In this document: piece after piece, positions 1 through 8,477 of the stretch | Layout: each line of letters starts with the position of its first letter | How positions within the stretch are numbered: position 1 is the first letter of the stretch | NCBI GenBank assembly: GCA_900769205.1 | Contig: CAAGFS010000028.1 | Span: 1 to 24,632 of the forward strand | Reading direction: 5' to 3' | Source: Clostridia bacterium | Lineage (GTDB): Bacteria; Bacillota; Clostridia; Christensenellales; CAG-917 | DNA length: 24,632 bases | Program-made: the position numbers and the translations under genes | The notes under the pieces: generated by a model | The model's database searches: none | What the model was told of the DNA's origin: nothing | Seen by the model: only the letters and a program-made list of their open reading frames with translations

Positions 1-28
1 AGTTGAGGGGTTCAACTTGTATTCTGAC

Positions 29-104
29 TGGTGGAGACAAGGGGATTCGAACCCCTGGCCTTTTGAATGCCATTCAAACGCGCTACCAACTGCGCCATGC
101 CCCC
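29..104 (-). tRNA. tRNA-Ala (anticodon GGC), CCA encoded
   Basis: Reverse complement is GGGGGCATGGCGCAGTTGGTAGCGCGTTTGAATGGCATTCAAAAGGCCAGGGGTTCGAATCCCCTTGTCTCCACCA (76 nt). It has the G3:U70 alanine identity pair, anticodon stem TTTGA/TCAAA with loop ATGGCAT, and a GGTTCGAATCC T-arm. Confidence 0.98.
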
Positions 105-125
105 ACGGCTTTTTGTTGCTTGATT

Positions 126-154
126 ATATTACATCATTTTTCAAGGATATTCAA
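126..154 (-). promoter_or_regulatory. putative sigma-A promoter for tRNA-Ala
   Basis: Minus-strand TTGAAT-17 nt-TAATAT about 20 nt upstream of the tRNA 5' end. Confidence 0.45.
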
Positions 155-247
155 GCATTTTTGAATGATTTTGCAAATAGGGGGAAGATTTTTGACATAT
201 TCGCGCAATTTGTATATTAAAAATCTTTTAAGAAAATTATTTTTGGG

Positions 248-276
248 TTGATTGTTTGATCATTTGTTGATAGAAT
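248..276 (+). promoter_or_regulatory. putative sigma-A promoter (extended -10) for the MFS transporter
   Basis: TTGATT-17 nt-TAGAAT with TGn immediately before the -10. Confidence 0.45.
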
Positions 277-326
277 AGATATATAGTGTTGTTTTTGACG
301 CTAAATAAAAGTTAAGTGGTGAAATT

Positions 327-1994
327 ATGAGTGAAACTCCCGCAACCGAAAAGGTTGGAGCAAAGCAAAAAATCAACGGCTTCGTTCACAAACTGTTCGG
401 CTCGACTCCCGGCGACGGAGAAATGCAACCCAAAGAAGGCATCAGTTATTCTCTTTGCGGTTTTGGACAAAACCTGATTTGCACGGTTATCGGTTCCTAT
501 CTCACCGTCTTTATGACGGACGCAATCGGATTTAAGGCTCTGCCCGTGGCGTTCCTTATGTTGTTTGCGCGTATATTCGACGCTCTCAACGATCCGATTA
601 TGGGTTCAATCGTTGACCGCACCCGCACGAAGTGGGGCAAATGCCGTCCCTATCTCAAATGGATGGCGATTCCCATCGCGATTTTGACGATTATATGCTT
701 CCTGCCCATATATCCCAACAATCCCGGCGGATTTGCCGCGATATGCGTGGTGTACGTGATATGGAGCATGGTTTATACGGTTGCCGACGTTCCGTATTGG
801 GGACTTTCAACCGCAATGAGCAACGACACTTATCGTCGCGGAAACTTGCTTACGATCGCTCGTCTTTTCTGCACGGCAGGCGCAGGTCTCGTCACCGTCA
901 TCACTCCCGTCATCACCGACAATATGACGCAAGGTCTTGACCCCGTTGCAAAGGGCGATATGCTCAAATGGATCTACTTCGTCATCGCAATCGTGTGCTG
1001 CGTGGTCGCAGTGCCCCTTTTCTTCCTTGGCTTCAAGAACACGACGGAAAGAAACGTATCCATGGAAAATCCGCCGTCTTTGGGACACAATCTCAAGCTC
1101 TTGTTCAAGAATAAACCCCTTATGCTCATCGTCCTTTCGGGCATCGGCGGTGCGGCGAGAATGCTGTTCACCTACACGGGCGGTCTTTACTTTGCAAAAT
1201 ACATAATGGACAAAGAGTCCATGTATTCGCTCTTTACGATGGCGGTCGTCCCCGGCGGACTCATCGCATCCTTGCTCGTGCCGTACTTCACGAAGAAAGT
1301 CGGCAAGCGCAACACTTATATCTGGTCGCACATCATCGGCGGCGTTGCAATGCTCATCGCCTTTATCGTGGGCATCAGCATTGACAGAGGAGCGTACACG
1401 AGCACGGCAACGACGGTGGTGCTTCTCATCGCTCTCGTCGTCGCAGGCATTCCTTCGGGCTTCGGCAACATCCTCACCTACGCAATGATCGGCGACACCG
1501 TCGAGTATCTCGAACTCAAAACGGGCGAGCGTGCGGAAGGTATCTGCTTTGCAATGCAGACTCTCATCAACAAAATCGGTATGGCAGTCGGCGCATTCGT
1601 CGGCGTGTTGGCGTACTATATGGCGGGTGTCGAAGCAAACGACGCAAGCTCTGTCACTCCCGCGGGCAAAGACACGATGTGGTTTATGCTCGTAGGCATC
1701 GCGGCGTTGAGCTTCTTCCTGACGGTCATTCCGCTCTTCTTCTACAAGTTCAACGAAAAGCAACAACAAGAAGCGGTTGCCGAGATCAAAAAGAGAAAAA
1801 TCGCAAACGGTGAAATAAACGCGGAAGAAGCCGAACTCGAGGCTGACGAAGCGGGCGCGGCGCAAATCGTGTTCCCCAACGAAGACAGTCAGGCGGTTGC
1901 GCTGGAAGAAGTGCAAATCGACGACGAGCAAAACGGCGAAGACGTCTTTGACGACACCGAGCAAAGCGACGACACGGATGATACGAAAGAATAA
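327..1994 (+). CDS. MFS transporter, glycoside-pentoside-hexuronide (GPH, MelB/UidB-like) cation symporter, with acidic C-terminal tail
   Basis: 555 aa with about 12 hydrophobic segments. GPH signatures ARIFDALNDPIMGSIVDRTRTKWGKCRPY, DVPYWGL and MIGDTVEYLELKTGERAEG. Confidence 0.92.
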   Translation: MSETPATEKVGAKQKINGFVHKLFGSTPGDGEMQPKEGISYSLCGFGQNLICTVIGSYLTVFMTDAIGFKALPVAFLMLFARIFDALNDPIMGSIVDRTRTKWGKCRPYLKWMAIPIAILTIICFLPIYPNNPGGFAAICVVYVIWSMVYTVADVPYWGLSTAMSNDTYRRGNLLTIARLFCTAGAGLVTVITPVITDNMTQGLDPVAKGDMLKWIYFVIAIVCCVVAVPLFFLGFKNTTERNVSMENPPSLGHNLKLLFKNKPLMLIVLSGIGGAARMLFTYTGGLYFAKYIMDKESMYSLFTMAVVPGGLIASLLVPYFTKKVGKRNTYIWSHIIGGVAMLIAFIVGISIDRGAYTSTATTVVLLIALVVAGIPSGFGNILTYAMIGDTVEYLELKTGERAEGICFAMQTLINKIGMAVGAFVGVLAYYMAGVEANDASSVTPAGKDTMWFMLVGIAALSFFLTVIPLFFYKFNEKQQQEAVAEIKKRKIANGEINAEEAELEADEAGAAQIVFPNEDSQAVALEEVQIDDEQNGEDVFDDTEQSDDTDDTKE

Positions 1995-2018
1995 AACCAA
2001 TCGGCATTTCAAGCCTTG

Positions 2019-2049
2019 AAAAGCGGGACGCGGAAGCGTCTCGCTTTTT
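2019..2049 (+). terminator. intrinsic terminator after the MFS gene
   Basis: AAAAGCGGGACGC-GGAA-GCGTCTCGCTTTTT stem-loop with T tract. Confidence 0.8.
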
Positions 2050-2172
2050 CGTCCGTTTTTTCGGTCGTATGCATTTCGATACAAAAATATTGAAAAATCG
2101 TGCAATATCGTGCAAAAAGATTGATTTGGCTATACATTTGTAGTATTATTTGTTGAGTTTGTAAACTTTTTG

Positions 2173-2200
2173 TTGTAAACGGAGATTTGTGTGCTATACT
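2173..2200 (+). promoter_or_regulatory. putative sigma-A promoter immediately upstream of the marR-family ATG
   Basis: TTGTAA-16 nt-TATACT with extended TGn. A second candidate, TTGATT-17-TATTAT, lies at 2121-2149. Confidence 0.5.
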
Positions 2201-2206
2201 GTTTGT

Positions 2207-2644
2207 ATGGATATTATAAATACGGCAAATTATTTCGTGGCATTCAGAAAACTTCTTCGCTCATACACAGACTACCAAATGCGTGAATTGAAAGACTACG
2301 ACCTTTCCCCAAACGAAATCGTCGTGCTTTCCAGCATAGGCTCTATTGAAATGGCAAGCGTGATTGCAGAACACGCGTGCGTGTCTAAGGCTCTCGTTTC
2401 CCGCAGCGTCAAACAACTCAAAGACAAGGGGCTTATCACCGCAAGCATTTCGACGGTGGACAAGAGAGAGCAGATGCTCAGACTCACCGAAGAAGGAGAG
2501 AAGGTTGCCGAGCATATCGCCGAGGCAAATCACAAGTTTTACAACGTGGCTTTCAAGAGATTTGAAAACAACGAGAAGCGCGTTTTGCAAGCGCTTTTGC
2601 AGTTGATGATACAAAATCTCGAAAGCGAGGAAACGAATGAATAA
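2207..2644 (+). CDS. MarR-family transcriptional regulator
   Basis: About 145 aa winged helix with IAEHACVSKALVSRSVKQLKDKGLI and wing motif DKREQMLRLTEEG. ATG 2207 is preferred over GTG 2189, which overlaps the -10 element. Confidence 0.9.
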   Translation: MDIINTANYFVAFRKLLRSYTDYQMRELKDYDLSPNEIVVLSSIGSIEMASVIAEHACVSKALVSRSVKQLKDKGLITASISTVDKREQMLRLTEEGEKVAEHIAEANHKFYNVAFKRFENNEKRVLQALLQLMIQNLESEETNE

Positions 2645-3857
2645 TTTTGAGCAAAAACGAGAAGTTGCAAAGCGTTGCGTTGAAGACATCGGATATGTCG
2701 TCAACGAGTTTGGCGAGCGCAATGCGGGGAGCGACGGCGAAAAACGCACGGCGGAATATTTTGCGTCACGGCTCTCAAAGGTTTGCGACAGCGTAAGCAC
2801 GGAAAACTTCGACGTTTATCCCGACGCGTTTATGGGATGGTCGTACATAGTGGGTACGCTTGCCGTGCTTGCTTTCGTCGCATATTTCTTCTCGACGATG
2901 GTTTCGTTTTTGCTCGTCGTCATTGCAATCGTCGTTTTCGTGGTGCAGTACGCGCTCGGAAAACGTTTTTTAGACCCCTTGTACAAAAAGAAAGAATCCG
3001 TCAACGTCACCGCAATCAAAAAATGCGAAAACGCGCCCAAATGCAGGTTGTTTTTCGTGTCTTCGGTGGATTGCGCGCAGGAATGGGCGCTTTTGAGAAG
3101 ATTGGGCGGGACGACTTTCACGGTGGTTATCGTTGCGGCGTTCGTAGGCTTGGCTTATACGCTTGCAATCGACGTGGCAAGATGGGTGCTCGTCGGAGAA
3201 TTGGGCGCAAAAATCGCGGACGGAGATATGCTTGTGGCAGGTTATGCGGGGATATGTTTCCTTCCTTTCTGGATCGCGCTGTTCTTCTTTGCGGGCAACG
3301 GAAAAGCGGTTGAAGGAGCAAACGAAAATCTCAGCGGATGCGAAGTCGCTCTCGGCGTGGTCGAGCAGATGAGCGAGCAGGGCGCAATCACTCGCAACGT
3401 TGAAGTGGGAGTCATTCTCACTGGAAGCGAACAGGCGGGCTTGCGCGGTGCAAAGAGTTGGTGCGACGTCCACGAAAACGATTTTGACGACGTGCCGACA
3501 TATTTCGTGCATCTTGGAGTGCTCAAAGATCCCAATTATATCTGTGTAAACGAAAAAGAAAGATGCGGGCTTGTCAAAGCGGACGCGGAGCTTGTGGACG
3601 AAATCCTGCATTGCACCGAAAACACGGACGTGAAATGCCAAAAATCGTCATTGCGACTGTTCGGCACGACGGACAGCTCGGTGTTTTCGCAAAACGGATT
3701 CAAGAGCGTGAGCGTGACGGGCTACGACGGACGCAAATGTCCCGATTATCTGCACACGAGATACGACACGCACGACAACGTGAGCGAGACGTGCATCGCA
3801 AACGCCTTCGAGCTTTGTTGCAGGCTCGTGCAACGCCTTGACGAACAGTGCGATTGA
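2637..3857 (+). CDS. membrane-embedded M28-family peptidase homologue with degenerate active site
   Basis: FGERNAGSDGE, GANENLSG, TGSEQAGLRGA, GTTDSSVF and YLHTRYDT motifs of the M28 fold, plus about 4 inserted TM helices. Start overlaps the marR end (ATGAATAA). Confidence 0.82.
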   Translation: MNNFEQKREVAKRCVEDIGYVVNEFGERNAGSDGEKRTAEYFASRLSKVCDSVSTENFDVYPDAFMGWSYIVGTLAVLAFVAYFFSTMVSFLLVVIAIVVFVVQYALGKRFLDPLYKKKESVNVTAIKKCENAPKCRLFFVSSVDCAQEWALLRRLGGTTFTVVIVAAFVGLAYTLAIDVARWVLVGELGAKIADGDMLVAGYAGICFLPFWIALFFFAGNGKAVEGANENLSGCEVALGVVEQMSEQGAITRNVEVGVILTGSEQAGLRGAKSWCDVHENDFDDVPTYFVHLGVLKDPNYICVNEKERCGLVKADAELVDEILHCTENTDVKCQKSSLRLFGTTDSSVFSQNGFKSVSVTGYDGRKCPDYLHTRYDTHDNVSETCIANAFELCCRLVQRLDEQCD

Positions 3858-3888
3858 CCGCAATGAAGATCGATATTGCAAATTTTTC

Positions 3889-3916
3889 GACCGCAATTTG
3901 CGGTCTTTTATTTTTA
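3889..3916 (+). terminator. intrinsic terminator after the M28 gene
   Basis: GACCGCA-ATT-TGCGGTC followed by TTTTATTTTT. Confidence 0.7.
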
Positions 3917-3942
3917 TGCTTGCGGATATTGAAAATAATTCT

Positions 3943-3971
3943 TTTCAACCGCGTATATTGTATGATACAAT
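3943..3971 (+). promoter_or_regulatory. putative sigma-A promoter for the 4007 gene
   Basis: TTTCAA-17 nt-TACAAT with extended TGn. Confidence 0.45.
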
Positions 3972-4006
3972 ATCTTATATAAAACAAACCGAAAGGAAGG
4001 GTTGAT

Positions 4007-4906
4007 ATGAAAGTTTTGAAAGGAATACTCATCACGCTCGTTTTGATCGTGGTGCTCGTTGCTGTGGCGTTCGTCGTGGTCATCAATCTCACCCCGAGGC
4101 AGTTGGGGCTTGCGGATATGCAAATCGAAGGACAAACTTTCGAGGAACTCGGCATCGCCGACGTGAAAATCATAAACATCTACAAGAGCATAAAATCGCT
4201 CACCGAAGTCGAAGAAGACAAGATTGTCACAAACAAGTACGACGAAACGCAGGAGAAACAAAAGTCCGAAGAAAAGTTTGAGGGCAGCACGCTTGAAAGC
4301 ACGGACGATTATTCTTCCGTCATCGACACGCAGGTAAAGTACGACGTGCGCAAACTCGTGGAATACGACGACGTGACGATTGCGTATATATTCAACAACA
4401 TCGTGCAGAACGGGACGGAGTCGAGCTCCGAAGCGGTGAAGGTTCTCAAGGACGCAAACATCTCCGTCAAGGAACTCACCGTGGGCGTCAGCGGCGACAG
4501 AGGCACGTTGCGTATCGTGTCGTTGATCGAACTCGGACAGTACAAAGCCGAGATTGAAAACGCACTCGGAGCGGCAAAAGCCTTCTTCAAAGTGCCCGAC
4601 AAGGCGTACGTTGTGAGCGAGCTTTCTTTCAGCGTTGACGCGCAGGGCAAAATGGTGACTCAAAGCGAGAGCGTGTGCGTCAACGGCAACAACGACGATC
4701 CCGTCACCAAAGCCATTATGAGCGTTGTGGTGAGCAAGATGGGCGACGTGTCAAGCGTTGAAGATCTCAATGCAAAACTCGGAGAAGCCGTGAGCGACGT
4801 TATGTACAATCTCGGCGGCATCGGCTCAAAGGACGGCGAGAACTATATCTACGGAATGGGCGGAGTGTCCGAGCATAAACTCACTCTCGTCACGCACGTT
4901 GCATGA
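4007..4906 (+). CDS. hypothetical protein with N-terminal membrane anchor/signal
   Basis: 299 aa. SD (AAGGAAGG) before the ATG, MKVLKG followed by about 22 hydrophobic residues, codon usage like neighbouring genes, no recognisable catalytic motif. Confidence 0.85.
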   Translation: MKVLKGILITLVLIVVLVAVAFVVVINLTPRQLGLADMQIEGQTFEELGIADVKIINIYKSIKSLTEVEEDKIVTNKYDETQEKQKSEEKFEGSTLESTDDYSSVIDTQVKYDVRKLVEYDDVTIAYIFNNIVQNGTESSSEAVKVLKDANISVKELTVGVSGDRGTLRIVSLIELGQYKAEIENALGAAKAFFKVPDKAYVVSELSFSVDAQGKMVTQSESVCVNGNNDDPVTKAIMSVVVSKMGDVSSVEDLNAKLGEAVSDVMYNLGGIGSKDGENYIYGMGGVSEHKLTLVTHVA

Positions 4907-4913
4907 CAAACGG

Positions 4914-4944
4914 AAAAATATCGCGCGTATTGCGCGATATTTTT
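4914..4944 (+). terminator. stem-loop/terminator after the hypothetical gene
   Basis: AAAAATATCGCGC-GTATT-GCGCGATATTTTT perfect inverted repeat. Confidence 0.7.
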
Positions 4945-4967
4945 ATATATAAATAAGGGAGAAGAAC

Positions 4968-6275
4968 ATGAAAATCATATTTATAGGCGCGGGGATGGCG
5001 TCTCTTGTGGCAAGCGAAAGGCTTGCAAGAGCGGGCTACGACGTGTCCGTCTATGAAAAGGACGGCTACGACAATCTTTCATACGACTGGCACGACGATA
5101 TAAATAAAGACGCTTTCGACGCATACGGCTTGCCCCGTCCACGCGAAGGTACGTTTTTTGCAAAACGCAACTGGACTTTCATTCCGCCGTCCGAGCGCAT
5201 AGAAGTCACTCTCGACATAGCGGAAGACGAGCTTGACTGGTCCACGGAAAGGCGCTTGCTTGCGCAACAATACGTTGACAGAGCAAAAGACGTCGTGGAT
5301 TTTCATTTCAATGCAAAAGTCGATTCGCTCATCGTGCAGGATAACGCTGTGAAGGGCGTGATCGTGGGCGGAGAAAAGGCGTACGCCGACCTTGTGGTTG
5401 ACAATTCGGGCGCGCTGTCGCCTTTCCGTGCGATGCTTCCCGATTGCGCGCATATCACGAAAACGCCTTGCGACAACGAGATATTCGTGGCATACCGCGC
5501 TTTTTTTGACAAAAAGGAAGGCGTTTCCGATCCGCAAAGCACAAACAGGGCGTATCTCAAACATCTCGGCGAAGAAGGCATAAGTTGGAGCATACTCGAC
5601 CCTGCGGGCACCGTCAACGTGCTTATCGGCAGAGCGGGGAAACTGCCGAAGGAAACTTTTGAAAACGCTCTTTGCGAGCTGAAACGCTCAAATCCCGTCA
5701 TCGGCGACAGGGTGGTGCGCGGCGGCATTAAGTGCGTCATTCCAATAAGGTATCCGCTCACGAGAATGGTTTTCGACGGCTACGTCGCAATAGGGGATTC
5801 GGCGTTTATGACGATTCCGATGATAGGAAGCGGAATTGAAAACTCGATGAAAGCGGGGTGTATTCTTGCGGACGTCATAATCGCAAGCAAATCCGCTGAC
5901 AAGCGTGCGCTATGGCAATATCAGGTGCAATATTATCGTTTGCGCGGTGCGGATCACGTCGGAGTGGACGTGCTCAAAAGATGGCTTCTCGGCGCAAAAC
6001 CCGACGATCTCGACTGGCTGTTTGAAAAAGGCGTCGTTGACAAAAAGGATATGGCTGCGGGCGCAACGGGCAAACTTATAACGCTCAAACCGAAAGATCT
6101 GGTAGTCAAGGTTGCGCGCGGATATACGCGCCTTCCGTTGCTTCTTGCGATGAACTCCATGCTTTCACGCTCCGAAAAGGCAAGCAAAACGGCAAAGCGT
6201 ATCCCCGAAACGTATGACGAAAAGAAAATCGCAAAGTGGGAGAAAAAGATAGAAAAACTTGTCCGCCATCCTTGA
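4968..6275 (+). CDS. FAD-dependent oxidoreductase, geranylgeranyl reductase/FixC-like
   Basis: N-terminal Rossmann motif IGAGMAS...VSVYEK and C-terminal GDSAFMTIPMIGSGI FAD motif typical of the GGR-like flavoprotein group. SD AAGGGAG. Confidence 0.82.
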   Translation: MKIIFIGAGMASLVASERLARAGYDVSVYEKDGYDNLSYDWHDDINKDAFDAYGLPRPREGTFFAKRNWTFIPPSERIEVTLDIAEDELDWSTERRLLAQQYVDRAKDVVDFHFNAKVDSLIVQDNAVKGVIVGGEKAYADLVVDNSGALSPFRAMLPDCAHITKTPCDNEIFVAYRAFFDKKEGVSDPQSTNRAYLKHLGEEGISWSILDPAGTVNVLIGRAGKLPKETFENALCELKRSNPVIGDRVVRGGIKCVIPIRYPLTRMVFDGYVAIGDSAFMTIPMIGSGIENSMKAGCILADVIIASKSADKRALWQYQVQYYRLRGADHVGVDVLKRWLLGAKPDDLDWLFEKGVVDKKDMAAGATGKLITLKPKDLVVKVARGYTRLPLLLAMNSMLSRSEKASKTAKRIPETYDEKKIAKWEKKIEKLVRHP

Positions 6276-6287
6276 AAACTCAAATTG

Positions 6288-6312
6288 AAAAGCCCGTTTC
6301 GACGGGCTTTTT
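6288..6312 (+). terminator. intrinsic terminator
   Basis: AAAAGCCCGT-TTCG-ACGGGCTTTTT. Confidence 0.8.
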
Positions 6313-6333
6313 CCATTGCAAAACTCTATGATG

Positions 6334-6362
6334 TTGCAATATTGACGTCGCGGTGTTATAAT
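6334..6362 (+). promoter_or_regulatory. sigma-A promoter for aminopeptidase P
   Basis: TTGCAA-17 nt-TATAAT with extended TGn. Confidence 0.65.
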
Positions 6363-6403
6363 ACAAATTAGCACGCGCGTTTTTGCGCAATATACGGTGA
6401 AGT

Positions 6404-8164
6404 ATGAAAGAAGACATAAAAAAACTGCAACAGTATCTCATTGACAAAGGCATTGACGCCTACGTCGTGTTTACCAACGACGACCACGGGAGCGAATACG
6501 TCGTGGACCATTTCAAAACGCGCGCTTTTCTTTGCGGATTCAGCGGAAGCGCGGGTACGCTCGTCGTGACGAAAGACGATTCCTATCTGTGGACGGACGG
6601 CAGATATTTCATTCAGGCGGAAGCGCAACTCAAACAAACGGGCACTCGTCTTATGAAGATGGGCGAGCAAGATTGCCCCGACCTTTCAAAGTTTTTGTCC
6701 AACCTTTGCGAAAATCCGACGATAGCGTTCGATTTCAGGACGGCAACCGTTGATTTTGTCAAAACGCTCAAAAACGTTTGCCCCGGCGCAAAACTTGTGG
6801 ACGACGGCAATATCGTGGACGAGATATGGGTTGACAGACCGCAAATCGTTTGCACCAAGGCGTATTATCTTTCGGACAAGGCGTCTGGCGAGAGCGTTGC
6901 AAGCAAACTCGCAACTTTGCGCGCGGACACGAAAAGTCAGGGGTGCAACGTCGCGCTGGTTGCGTCGCTTGACGATTTTGCCTGGCTTTTCAATATGCGC
7001 GGAAGCGACGTGCAGTACAATCCCGTCAACTACGCCTACGCAATCATTTCGCAAGACGAAGCGAAGGTGTTTATCGACAAAAGAAAAATCAATGCGAAAA
7101 TCGCAAAAGTTTTTGCCGAGAACAACGTCTTGGTTTTCGACTACGACGAAGTTTACGATTGCGCAAGACAAATAGACGATTTCGTGCTCGTGGACAAGGA
7201 AAAGACCAATTACGCGCTTTATTCCTGCATACGCAACGCAAAGTCGACAGAGCTTTTCCCCACCACGTCGCGCAAGGCTTGCAAAAACCCCACCGAGATA
7301 CGCAATATGCGCAAAGCGCACGTCGAAGACGGAGTCGCAATGGTCAGATTTATGCGTTATCTCAAACAAAACGTCGGCAAAGTATATATGGACGAGATTT
7401 CGCTTGCAGACAAGTTGGAATCTTTCAGACGTGAAAGCAAAAACTTTTTGGATCTGAGTTTCGACACCATCTGCGGATACCGCTCCAACGGCGCAATCGT
7501 GCATTACTCCGCCACGAAGGAAACCAACAAGAAGGTTGACAAAAAAGGTCTTTTGCTTGTGGACAGCGGCGCGCAATACCGATACGGTACGACGGACGTG
7601 ACGAGAACGTTTGCTCTCGGCAAGCCCACCAAAGACGAAAAGACCGCGTTTACGCTCGTGTTGAAATCGCATATCGCGCTTGCAAAGGCGGTGTTCCCGT
7701 CGGGCACGCAGGGCGCAAGGCTGGACGCAATCGCAAGACAACCTCTTTACGAAAAGGGTATGGACTACAAACACGGCACGGGACACGGCGTGGGCTATCT
7801 TCTCAACGTGCACGAAGGTCCGCAAAACGTATCGCCGCGCGCAACGTCTTGGAAGTACGCGCTTTATCCCGGGATGATAACTTCAAACGAGCCCGGATAT
7901 TACAAAGAAGGTGCCTTTGGCGTAAGACACGAAAATCTCGTGCTTTCAGTGGAAAAGGAGAGAAACGAATACGGCACGTTCTGCGCTTTTGAAACGATCA
8001 CGCTCGTGCCTTTCGACCTTGACGGAATAGACGCAAAACTGCTTACAAAGGAAGAAAAAGAGTGGCTCAACGACTATCACAAAACCGTATTCAACAAACT
8101 CTGCGGGTTCTTGCACGGCAAAGACCTTGCGTTCCTTGCAAAAGCGACCAGAGCGATCGAATGA
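6404..8164 (+). CDS. Xaa-Pro aminopeptidase (aminopeptidase P, M24B, long form)
   Basis: 586 aa. N-domain motifs GFSGSAG and WTDGRY. Intact metal ligands in DSGAQY, GTTD, HGTGHGVG, HEGP, NEPG and RHEN. Confidence 0.93.
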   Translation: MKEDIKKLQQYLIDKGIDAYVVFTNDDHGSEYVVDHFKTRAFLCGFSGSAGTLVVTKDDSYLWTDGRYFIQAEAQLKQTGTRLMKMGEQDCPDLSKFLSNLCENPTIAFDFRTATVDFVKTLKNVCPGAKLVDDGNIVDEIWVDRPQIVCTKAYYLSDKASGESVASKLATLRADTKSQGCNVALVASLDDFAWLFNMRGSDVQYNPVNYAYAIISQDEAKVFIDKRKINAKIAKVFAENNVLVFDYDEVYDCARQIDDFVLVDKEKTNYALYSCIRNAKSTELFPTTSRKACKNPTEIRNMRKAHVEDGVAMVRFMRYLKQNVGKVYMDEISLADKLESFRRESKNFLDLSFDTICGYRSNGAIVHYSATKETNKKVDKKGLLLVDSGAQYRYGTTDVTRTFALGKPTKDEKTAFTLVLKSHIALAKAVFPSGTQGARLDAIARQPLYEKGMDYKHGTGHGVGYLLNVHEGPQNVSPRATSWKYALYPGMITSNEPGYYKEGAFGVRHENLVLSVEKERNEYGTFCAFETITLVPFDLDGIDAKLLTKEEKEWLNDYHKTVFNKLCGFLHGKDLAFLAKATRAIE

Positions 8165-8271
8165 AAGGATTGCAATGCTACGCAAAGACGAAATCCACGG
8201 AGCAAACACGAATTGCAAAAGCGTAAAGCATATTGCAAAATACAACCGCAATCACAAAACCATACGAAACG

Positions 8272-8300
8272 GAAGAGCAGAGCGCACGCTCTGCTTTTTC
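8272..8300 (+). terminator. intrinsic terminator after aminopeptidase P
   Basis: GAAGAGCAGAGC-GCAC-GCTCTGCTTTTTC. Confidence 0.75.
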
Positions 8301-8447
8301 GTTGTTTCGAAAACGTGCAGACGGCAGAAGTCTTGCGCCTTTTTAGAGAGTTTTCGGACGGTTTGTATTATAAATTACATCGAATATACGGAGCGTGTTT
8401 TGCAAAAATATTTTTTTGAAAAAATGTCGAATTGTGCTTATTTTCGT

Positions 8448-8477
8448 TTGACAACGCCGTTTGGTTTTGGCTATAAT
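8448..8477 (+). promoter_or_regulatory. consensus sigma-A promoter for xpt and the ABC operon
   Basis: TTGACA-18 nt-TATAAT. Confidence 0.75.

Noticed and set aside
17..220. 67-aa ORF on +
   Set aside because: Antisense to the tRNA-Ala gene; a typical tRNA shadow ORF.
807..2105. 432-aa ORF on -
   Set aside because: Antisense shadow of the GPH transporter with no motifs, explained by the codon bias of the real gene.
6686..7825. 379-aa ORF on -
   Set aside because: Antisense shadow of aminopeptidase P.
8165..8270. Loosely repetitive GCAAA/CGAAA-rich stretch, with a similar one at 22600-22725 on the minus strand, considered as repeat or CRISPR remnants
   Set aside because: No fixed-length repeat unit or spacer periodicity. 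Looks like low-complexity 3' UTR sequence.
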